Shown: piece after piece, positions 1 to 7,269 of the stretch | How positions within the stretch are numbered: position 1 is the first letter of the stretch | How the letters are laid out: the number at the start of each line of letters is the position of its first letter | Assembly: GCA_004284765.1 (NCBI GenBank) | Contig: NQJD01000037.1 | Location: forward strand, 1-23,364 | Length of the DNA: 23,364 nt | Direction: 5' to 3' | Source: Candidatus Electronema aureum | Lineage (GTDB): Bacteria > Desulfobacterota > Desulfobulbia > Desulfobulbales > Desulfobulbaceae | The notes under the pieces: generated by a model | Told to the model about the DNA's origin: nothing | Database searches by the model: none | What the model saw: only the letters and a program-made list of their open reading frames with translations | Position numbers and translations under genes: made by a program

Positions 1-224
1 CATTCGCCCTCTGAAAACTGAGACCAAGTCGGAAGTCAACTTTTTCAATATTATATTGTTTTTAATGGTAAATTCAATGTGTTTTTTAGGGAGCCGTTCG
101 CTTTGCCACTCATGGTTCACCATTACCTAATTTCCTGGGCATCAAGAGAGGAACTTGAAGTCCAATCAGGTGCTACAGACTTTACGAAATTATTGTTGGC
201 ATCTTTGCGATAATGCGTAAAAAT

Positions 225-611
225 CTAACCTCGTCTTATCCCTAATTTGCTTAACTCATCAGCCCTCTGCCCAGTACCATGTGCCCAGATAATAAGTGAA
301 TTTCTCACATTTTCATCCAGAATAGTTCCAAGCTTTAAAAATTTTTTCAATGTTTCCGGTGCGCCACTGTTAACCTCAAAACCATCTGGCGCAATATTTT
401 CTGATTCCGGCTTGCTGCCTTCCTGTGTTCTTTTAATTATTTTATATCTGACTGTATCGCCTTCTTTGTTTCCATCGGCCTGCACAAAAATTGACAGATT
501 TTCAGAAGACCCTTCCGTTTCCATTTCTATAATATCTTGAACAGCCTTGCTGTTCAAGCCTGCGCCAAGGTCATTGTCACCGGCCATGTAAACCAGCAGA
601 TTATGTTTCAT
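225..611 (-). pseudogene. Peptidase C11 (clostripain-like) N-terminal fragment. It ends just after the catalytic-His motif, and the catalytic-Cys half is absent.
   Basis: Track ORF 225..620 uses a TTG start; the first ATG is at 611. LLVYMAGDNDL, NSGAPETLKKFL and LIIWAHGTG match the conserved N-terminal half of clostripain-family peptidases (YMxxDNxL ... WxHGxG). It is only about 128 aa, whereas the family runs to several hundred. I found no continuation carrying a Cys motif in any minus-strand frame of 1..224. Confidence 0.6.
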
Positions 612-616
612 AGCAG

Positions 617-1243
617 TCAATTGGTTGAGGTCTTGCTTTTTGTTGGAATAATCAGGCCGCTTTCTGCATCATAGGTTCCAATTCCTTCCGCTCGTAACTC
701 ATCCACAAGTTTTGGCAGGAACTCTTCAATCAATCCTTTGCATGGGTGGCATCTGTGCGGCTTTTTTACGCCTTTGCGAACCATGTACGGGCAGCCGCCG
801 TAACACCGCTCAAACCATTCGCAGGCATGGCATTCACTGTCTGTCATCGCAACAGGATCATAAATCAGCCAGTTGACTAAGTTCATGTTGTTTTCTGAAA
901 TTTCTACCGGCTTTTTTATAGTTCCAATCGCCAAATCTGGATTTCCAACTTCCAGCCAACATTTTTTCAAAGTTCCGTCCGGCTCAATGACAAGCGAGTT
1001 TCGGCTTACTGCGCCACATATAAATTGAGTATTCGTTCCTGTACGAATTGACAGGCCAAGTTCAAGCGCAACCCGAATCAAAGATGCAATTTTCTGGAAC
1101 GCAGTGTTTTGCGGAATCCATGCGCCGTAGGCACTTTCGGCAATGCTGGCGCAAGTTGCGGTCAATGGATGAACTGTAGTGAAGTAGATTACTTTTGTGC
1201 ATTTAGATTTCGTCCTTGATATATCAACCAGCAATTGCTTCAA
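617..1243 (-). pseudogene. Radical SAM/SPASM-domain maturase, C-terminal fragment. The SPASM motifs are intact, but the N-terminal CxxxCxxC radical-SAM core is missing.
   Basis: CGAVSRNSLVIEPDGTLKKC fits CX13GX4C. CHACEWFERCYGGC fits CX2CX5CX3C exactly, which is the SPASM auxiliary Fe-S signature. There is no ATG before residue ~118. The frame opens only at 1279, after an in-frame stop at 1280-1282. No CxxxCxxC motif occurs anywhere in the ORF or in the 126-nt gap up to the next gene. Confidence 0.6.
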
Positions 1244-1369
1244 GTTTTCTACATTATTGCTTTCATGGATATGCTTCTTTCAGGCAAGCACTCTAATGCC
1301 TGCAAAACAAGATGGTAGGTCGGACTGCCATTTTTCTGAGGAATTTGCTGATCTCCTGCGGCACTTGCA

Positions 1370-2380
1370 TCATTTTCCTATCGCTGCCAAATCAAACCAG
1401 TTCGGAATCACCCCGGCCTTCCAGCAGGCCCGTGCATTGACGACCAGCTTTTTCATCACGCCCTGCATTACTGACCACAGGGCTTCGCTGCCGCCGAAAT
1501 TCGCCCCACCGTTGCCCCAGAGCGTTTCCAGCATCATCAGCAGCTGAAAAAAATTCTGCTGCAAGGGCTTGTGGATTGGATCGGTCGGGTCGTCAATGCC
1601 GCTATAAATATCTGGCAGCCGGTCATTTTTCAGTTTGAGGAAGCGGCCAAAATGCGCGTAGCCGTTGTACGGCTCTGGGTCGTTTGGGTCGTACATCAGC
1701 CGATAAAACGGCGGAATGGGGAAATTCTTTTCTGTCCACGGCGGCGACTTCAGCACCCCCTCAAGGATATGCCCCTCACCTTGATTGGTCACTGCCTGCA
1801 CCGCATTGCGGGCATCTGCGTAATTAGCGATGATTTGCGGAAAATGCTGCTCCGACCAATGCGCCTGCTGATGCCGCGTAATCCAGCTGAATTGCTCAAC
1901 CCCAACCTGCTTGATGCCGACCATCAGGCCGTCGTACATCTCACCGATGGAGCTGTAAGGATGCTGCGGCGTAGTGTGATCAATCGCTGTGTCTGCTGGG
2001 GTTTCTTCTGGATTTTCTATATCTAACATAGTGTTCAGCCGCTCGTCATCTAACGGCCCCAGCACTGCGTTGAGAAAACCGCGCTCGCCGGTTTCCGGGT
2101 CATAAGGCTTGATGTGCGGCACATCCGCACCGTACTGCGGCGGCCTGAAATTTGGCGGTGCATCCAGCGCAGTACAGAGGTTGGCAGCTATCTGAAGATG
2201 CAGCATTTCCTCAATCGCCACACTGAAGACGATCCGACTGGCTTCGCTGCCCGCATCCTTGATCGAAGCCATCGCCGTGAGGTACAAGGGCAGGGTGTAC
2301 AACTCAACGGCGGCAGCAGCTTGGGCGTGTTCTTGCACTAACTTTTTTGTCCATATTTTCGGGGTATCCAAGCTGATCAT
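1370..2380 (-). CDS. Ferritin-like domain protein (Ferritin-like family with EEMLH metal-site helix)
   Basis: AAAVELYTLPLYLTAMASI ... SVAIEEMLHLQIAANLCTALDAPPNF matches the ferritin-like fold family pattern (ELE..TIPxYL ... EEMxH..L..NLL.ALG). I prefer the ATG at 2380 (MISLDTPK) because AGGAGA lies 6 nt upstream (2387-2392 on the minus strand). The track start at 2422 has no such site. Confidence 0.75.
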   Translation of the reverse strand: MISLDTPKIWTKKLVQEHAQAAAAVELYTLPLYLTAMASIKDAGSEASRIVFSVAIEEMLHLQIAANLCTALDAPPNFRPPQYGADVPHIKPYDPETGERGFLNAVLGPLDDERLNTMLDIENPEETPADTAIDHTTPQHPYSSIGEMYDGLMVGIKQVGVEQFSWITRHQQAHWSEQHFPQIIANYADARNAVQAVTNQGEGHILEGVLKSPPWTEKNFPIPPFYRLMYDPNDPEPYNGYAHFGRFLKLKNDRLPDIYSGIDDPTDPIHKPLQQNFFQLLMMLETLWGNGGANFGGSEALWSVMQGVMKKLVVNARACWKAGVIPNWFDLAAIGK

Positions 2381-2579
2381 GGTAGTTCTCCTGAGCGGTT
2401 GATCCGGGGCAGCGGCATTCAATGCACACAGTATAGCGTTCTTGCCCGGTAAACGTCAAGGCTAAGTCTTTAGCGATATTGGATAGTTGCTGGTTAGATG
2501 TTTTTGTCGCGCCGCAGATTTGACAGCCTTGTTTTTTTCTGTTATTGAAAGCAGGCTGCTGCCGGACCGACTTTTTCAT
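2304..2579 (-). CDS. Hypothetical small Cys-rich protein (CxxC ... CxxC, zinc-ribbon-like); doubtful
   Basis: 91-aa ORF MKKSVRQQPAFNNRKKQGCQICGAT...YTVCIECRCPG with paired CxxC motifs. It has no clear Shine-Dalgarno site. Its last 77 nt overlap the start of the ferritin-like gene in another frame. Confidence 0.25.
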   Translation of the reverse strand: MKKSVRQQPAFNNRKKQGCQICGATKTSNQQLSNIAKDLALTFTGQERYTVCIECRCPGSTAQENYHDQLGYPENMDKKVSARTRPSCCRR

Positions 2580-2616
2580 CGGTTAATCCACTGATTTAGC
2601 TACAAAAGGCCGTAAA

Positions 2617-2883
2617 ATGACTATCGAAGACGCTGGCGAGCATCCAATCCCGCCCAAAAAAACTACCGCACCCATTCCCGAACCGAGACGATCTGCTTTT
2701 GGCAGGCAATACGGTCAAATGACGATTACCCTTTTTCTGCTGGCCGTGTTTGGACTGGCTGTTCTTTGCATCGGTATCGGCTTGACGTGGTTTGCTAATC
2801 CACCGGCTAAGAGCGGCGCAATCACGCTGAGTTCCCAGCGGATAGGCCAATCCGGTTGCCATTCCTTTTGGCCTGCCGTATGA
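2617..2883 (+). CDS. Hypothetical small single-pass membrane protein; doubtful
   Basis: 88-aa ORF with one strongly hydrophobic segment (ITLFLLAVFGLAVLCIGIGLTWF). It lies on the same strand as the sensory operon and ends 74 nt upstream of it. The RBS is weak. Two similarly sized ORFs on the opposite strand compete with it. Confidence 0.25.
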   Translation: MTIEDAGEHPIPPKKTTAPIPEPRRSAFGRQYGQMTITLFLLAVFGLAVLCIGIGLTWFANPPAKSGAITLSSQRIGQSGCHSFWPAV

Positions 2884-2956
2884 TGGAGGGAGGGATTATC
2901 CGTTTTCACTCGGCCTATCCCTCGGAACCTGAAAACTGCCGAAAGGATGGTGCCGC

Positions 2957-3340
2957 ATGACGGACACAGCTACAAGGTCTCCGAAAATTTTAGTGATCGA
3001 TGATGATTTCGCCAATCGCCAAGTGCTCCAGCTGGTACTGAAGCGCAACGGTTACACAGCGGCCTTAGCCAGTGACGGCTGCGAGGGGCTGCGGATAGCT
3101 CAAGAGGTGCAGCCGGATTTGATCCTGCTGGACTTCTTTATGCCGGGTGAAGATGGCTTCGAGGTGCTGACTCAGCTCAAGGCTGATCCTGATCTCAAAA
3201 ATATTCCAGTGGTTATTTTTACCGTGCTGGTGCGAGAGGAATCAGAACGTCAGGCACTGGAGCTGGGCGCGGCAGCCTATGTCACCAAGCCCTTTGATAT
3301 CGACGAAGTGATCACCTGCATCCGTCGGATTCTACACTGA
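2957..3340 (+). CDS. Stand-alone response-regulator receiver (CheY-like)
   Basis: ILVIDDD ... DLILLDFFMPGEDGFEVL ... VVIFT ... YVTKPF are the canonical receiver motifs: acidic pocket, phospho-Asp, T and K. There is no output domain. AAGGA lies about 9 nt upstream of the ATG. Confidence 0.9.
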   Translation: MTDTATRSPKILVIDDDFANRQVLQLVLKRNGYTAALASDGCEGLRIAQEVQPDLILLDFFMPGEDGFEVLTQLKADPDLKNIPVVIFTVLVREESERQALELGAAAYVTKPFDIDEVITCIRRILH

Positions 3341-4989
3341 TGATGGACTCAGCATACTCAAGCGAGACCGAAGGTCTGCTATCAAGGTCACCGATCTCAG
3401 GCAGCAGAGATGAGCGATTTTGTGTTGCGCTGGCCTTGCTTTCTTCTCTTGTTGGCCTGTACTGGGTCAGTCGTTTCAACTATTTGCTTTTTCATAGCCT
3501 GACAGAAATTTACCATGTCGCCGTGTTCTGGGGTATTTTTTTCGTCACGTGGAGCGCACGGCGGTTACTGAGAAACAACTACCTCTGCGTCTTGGGTGTA
3601 TCTTCGTTGTTCCTTGGTTTTCTCAACCTTCTGCACATGCTGGCGTATCGGGGCATGGGAGTTTTTCCCGGAGCTATGCCCAATCTGCCCACTCAGTTGT
3701 GGATAGCGACTCGTTCTCTTCACGCTCTGGCCTTTGTCGCGGCCTCGCTCTGTCTTTTTCGTCCTCGGCACAACATCACCGCCCTGTTGCCCGCTGCGGC
3801 TTGGGGGTTACTGACTTTGCTGTTTACCGTTCTGATTTTCACTGGACATTTTCCCGACTGCTTTGTTGAGGGACAGGGTCTGACTCCGTTTAAAAAATCA
3901 GTGGAAATCGGCGCGGTGTTCCTCTTTGCCCTTGCCGCTCTGCTTACGTGGATCAAGCGAGAGAAAATGGACATCCACGTGCTGCGTTTGCTGGCCGCTG
4001 CTTTGCTACTGACCACAGCAGCAGGCTTGATGTTCATTTTCTACACCAAAGTAAACGGGATTGCCAATATGCTCGGCCATCTCTTTAATCTCGGCTCTAC
4101 GTACTGCGTTTTCCGGGCCTTCATTCGTACTGGCATTACTGCTCCGCAGCAGCTTTTGTTTTACGAGCTGAACCGCAGACAGGAAGAGCTGGAGCAAATC
4201 AAAGAAGGCTTAGAACAGCAGGTACGCGAGCGCACTGAGACGTTAGAGGAAAAAAATAAAGAACTGGAGGCAACCAATCAGCGGTTGAACGAGTTCGCTT
4301 ACAGTATTTCCCATGATCTGCGCGAGCCGCTACGGGGTATGTATAATTTCGCCCATTTTCTTGCTGATGACTACCGCGACAAAATTGACGGAGACGGTCG
4401 TGACATGCTTGATGGTATTATGCGATTAGCGAAACGCTTAGACGCGCAGGTACTGGGAGTGTTGAAATATTCGCGCATTGCCCGGCTTGATCTGGAATTG
4501 CGCTCGGTTAAGCTGGATGCGCTGCTCAATGAAGTTTTAGACGGGTTGGCAGATATGATTACCCTGAACAAGGTTCGGGTTAAACGGCTCCTGCCGCTGC
4601 CACAGGTCGTGTGTCATGGCGAATATGTTCGCGAGGTACTGCATAATCTGATCAGTAATGGCATCATTTATAACGACAAGACGAAAAAAGAAATCAGCAT
4701 CGGTTGGTATTCGCCTGACGCACTACCGGAGAACATCCCGCTTGCTACCAGTGCTCTCCCGATTTTTTTTGTCCGCGACAACGGCATCGGCATTCCTGAG
4801 AAGCATTTTCAGAAAATCTTTGGTATATTCAGAAGACTGCATGGCCAAGATAAATACGGGGGCGGTACCGGAGTCGGCCTAACCATTGCCCGGCAGGTGA
4901 TCGAGCGACACGGAGGACAGATCACGTTGGAATCAGAGCCAGGCAAAGGAACTACTTTTTATTTCACTCTATCCGCCGGGAAGCGATGA
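3340..4989 (+). CDS. Sensor histidine kinase with an N-terminal multi-pass membrane sensor region (MASE-type, about 7-8 TM helices), coiled coil, HisKA and HATPase_c
   Basis: About 270 aa of successive hydrophobic helices come first. These are followed by ELEQIKEGLEQQVRERTETLEEKNKELEATNQRL, the H-box FAYSISHDLREPLR, and N/G boxes (NLISNGIIYN, DNGIGIP, GGGTGVGLTIA). The start overlaps the upstream stop (TGATG at 3338-3342). Confidence 0.9.
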   Translation: MMDSAYSSETEGLLSRSPISGSRDERFCVALALLSSLVGLYWVSRFNYLLFHSLTEIYHVAVFWGIFFVTWSARRLLRNNYLCVLGVSSLFLGFLNLLHMLAYRGMGVFPGAMPNLPTQLWIATRSLHALAFVAASLCLFRPRHNITALLPAAAWGLLTLLFTVLIFTGHFPDCFVEGQGLTPFKKSVEIGAVFLFALAALLTWIKREKMDIHVLRLLAAALLLTTAAGLMFIFYTKVNGIANMLGHLFNLGSTYCVFRAFIRTGITAPQQLLFYELNRRQEELEQIKEGLEQQVRERTETLEEKNKELEATNQRLNEFAYSISHDLREPLRGMYNFAHFLADDYRDKIDGDGRDMLDGIMRLAKRLDAQVLGVLKYSRIARLDLELRSVKLDALLNEVLDGLADMITLNKVRVKRLLPLPQVVCHGEYVREVLHNLISNGIIYNDKTKKEISIGWYSPDALPENIPLATSALPIFFVRDNGIGIPEKHFQKIFGIFRRLHGQDKYGGGTGVGLTIARQVIERHGGQITLESEPGKGTTFYFTLSAGKR

Positions 4990-7253
4990 TGCATTTTTCA
5001 GATAGAACCGGAACAGCACGAAGCAGCGAGCTGCGGCAGCGGGCAGAAGAAATCGTTGCCGGACTGGAGCAAAAGGCGTTTTTGGGCAGTGCTCCAGACA
5101 TGAAAAGTTTAGTTGAAGAGCTGAATATTTTCCACATCGAGCTGGAGATGCAGAATGAAGAGCTGCGCCGAACCCAGACAGAGCTGGAATCGTCGCGGCG
5201 GCATTTGGCTGATCTCTTTTCCTACGCGCCCATTGGCTTTTTTGTTCTCAGCACCGAAGGTCAAATTCTGGAACTCAACAGCTTGGTCAAAGAATATTTT
5301 GGCCTGTCTGAGCAGATGCTGATCAAACGTACCTTAGATTCTTTCATCAGCCCAGAATCCTTCAATACCTATATTGAAGCGAGGCAAGCGGTCATTAGCG
5401 GAGAAAAAAAAATTGCCGAGGCAGATGTCCGACTTCGCATCACTGCAACGCAGCAGTTTTGGGCGCGGCTGCGGATGGACATCATTGACGATCTTGATCA
5501 AAGAAAAAAACTGCTTCTCTGCTCGGTACGAAACATCGAGCGGGAAAAGGCGGCTGAACAAGTGCTGATCAATGCAAAAACAGAACTGATCAAGCAGGTG
5601 GAATTCCGCACAGCAGAATTAGAGGTATCTGAACGCAAATACAGCCTCTTGCTCAATCATGCCAGCGATGCAATTTTGGTCAGTTTAACCGGGACTGGCA
5701 CCATCGTCGAAGCCAACGAGCAGGCTGTTCGACTGCTTCGTGTTTCGGCCCGCCAGCTGATCGGCGCACGCTTAGATAGCTTGTTTTCAGCAGAACGAGT
5801 ACATCAGTTTTTGGCCTTGTCTGACAGGAGTGGCTATACAGGCGGCAGCGCGGTGGAAACGGTCGTTTTTACCCAGCAAGGCAGAGGACCTTCTATCCCT
5901 GTTGAGGTCAGCACAGCCTTGATTGAGTTTGAGGGACAGAGATTTTTCCTTCAAATTTTGCGGGATATCAGCGAGCGGAAGCAAGCGGAAGAAGCATTGT
6001 TGCAGGCGAAGCGACGCACCGAACATGCCAACATGGCCTTGATGACCGCAGCCAGCAAGGCCAAGCGGTTAGCCGAAGAGGCGCGGGAAGCCAACCAAGC
6101 CAAGAGCCGATTTTTGGCCGCCATGAGCCACGAAATCAGAACGCCGATGAACGCGATCATCGGCATGACCGATATAGTCCTTCAAACTTCCCTGAATGAG
6201 GAGCAGCAGCGTTTTCTTGGTATTGTCCGCAGTTCGGCTGGGCGGCTTCTTGATTTAATCAACGACATCTTAGATTTGTCCAAGATCGAGGCAGGCAAGT
6301 TTACTCTGTCGCCTGCGCCGTTTTGCATAGAGGACAGCATGAAGTCGATCTGCGACGAAATGCAGGTTTTAGCCGAGCAGAAAAATCTTCTCCTGCATTT
6401 CTCCATGAAGGGAACGCTGGATCATTATTTGGTCGGTGATCTTGGTCATATCCGCCAAATATTAGTGAATTTGATCGGTAATGCGGTCAAATTCACTGAC
6501 GAAGGCTGCGTAGTTGTTTCGGTCAAGGTGCTTGATCCACCGCCAATTGAAGTACCGAATCCAGTGCGAGTGCGTTTTCTGATCAGCGATTCCGGCCCCG
6601 GCATCCCAAAAGACAAGCAGCAGGCTATTTTTGAAGCTTTTGAGCAGTCGCACAGAGGCAAAGGCGGCACCGGACTGGGGCTGTCGATCTCTATGCAATT
6701 GATCAAACTCATGGGCAGCATTATTGAGGTTAAAAGCGAGGTTGGCGAAGGCAGCTGCTTTTCTTTTATCCTGAGTCTGCCCACAGCAGCGCGACCGGGT
6801 AAAACAGCTGCTACGTCTGTCTCTTCTGGCGTAGGCCCGGTAACAGTGAAGAAAAAAATCTCCGCTACCGGGCAGAGGCTTTCGGTGTTGTTGGTCGATG
6901 ATGTTGATGCCAACCGGGTGTTAGCAAAATACCTGATGGAGCAGCGCGGCTGGCGGGTTCAGGAAGCAGCGAACGGCCAAGAGGCTCTTGACCGACTGGC
7001 GGATAGCTGTTACGACATTGTGCTGATGGATGTAGAGATGCCGGTAATGGACGGCATAGAAGCCACCCGGCTCCTTCGCCAGCGAGAGGCGACAGCTGGT
7101 GGCCACGTGCCGGTGATTGCTATGACTGCCCATGCCCTGCGCGGCGACCGCGAGCGGTTGCTGGCTTCAGGCATGGATGATTATGTCAGCAAGCCGCTGG
7201 TGCTGGAAGATTTCTTCACCGCCATTGAGCGACAGCTCCAAGCTGGAGCCTGA
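4986..7253 (+). CDS. Hybrid sensor histidine kinase: coiled coil, 2x PAS, HisKA, HATPase_c, C-terminal receiver
   Basis: The N-terminal IELEMQNEELRRTQTELESSR is followed by two PAS-like segments. The H-box is FLAAMSHEIRTPMN. The ATPase boxes are NLIGNAVKFT, DSGPGIP and GGTGLGLSIS. The receiver carries VLLVDDVDANR ... IVLMDVEMPVMDG ... VSKPL. An ATGA overlap with the upstream gene lies at 4986-4989. Confidence 0.92.
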   Translation: MMHFSDRTGTARSSELRQRAEEIVAGLEQKAFLGSAPDMKSLVEELNIFHIELEMQNEELRRTQTELESSRRHLADLFSYAPIGFFVLSTEGQILELNSLVKEYFGLSEQMLIKRTLDSFISPESFNTYIEARQAVISGEKKIAEADVRLRITATQQFWARLRMDIIDDLDQRKKLLLCSVRNIEREKAAEQVLINAKTELIKQVEFRTAELEVSERKYSLLLNHASDAILVSLTGTGTIVEANEQAVRLLRVSARQLIGARLDSLFSAERVHQFLALSDRSGYTGGSAVETVVFTQQGRGPSIPVEVSTALIEFEGQRFFLQILRDISERKQAEEALLQAKRRTEHANMALMTAASKAKRLAEEAREANQAKSRFLAAMSHEIRTPMNAIIGMTDIVLQTSLNEEQQRFLGIVRSSAGRLLDLINDILDLSKIEAGKFTLSPAPFCIEDSMKSICDEMQVLAEQKNLLLHFSMKGTLDHYLVGDLGHIRQILVNLIGNAVKFTDEGCVVVSVKVLDPPPIEVPNPVRVRFLISDSGPGIPKDKQQAIFEAFEQSHRGKGGTGLGLSISMQLIKLMGSIIEVKSEVGEGSCFSFILSLPTAARPGKTAATSVSSGVGPVTVKKKISATGQRLSVLLVDDVDANRVLAKYLMEQRGWRVQEAANGQEALDRLADSCYDIVLMDVEMPVMDGIEATRLLRQREATAGGHVPVIAMTAHALRGDRERLLASGMDDYVSKPLVLEDFFTAIERQLQAGA

Positions 7254-7269
7254 ACAACCTGCGGCGAAC

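Noticed and set aside
2596-2909. Two minus-strand ORFs (2596-2862 and 2715-2909) in the region between the ferritin-like locus and the operon.
   Set aside because: They have no motifs, RBS or hydrophobic pattern, and they overlap each other and the plus-strand ORF. Only the plus-strand ORF, which has a TM helix, was kept, and at low confidence.
7132-7269. A 46-codon N-terminal extension of the CheB-CheR ORF in the track (start at 7132).
   Set aside because: It lies entirely inside the receiver domain of the upstream hybrid kinase in another frame, and its sequence (MPCAATASGCWLQAW...) has no CheB-like character. The ATG at 7270 sits immediately before the conserved CheB N-terminus.
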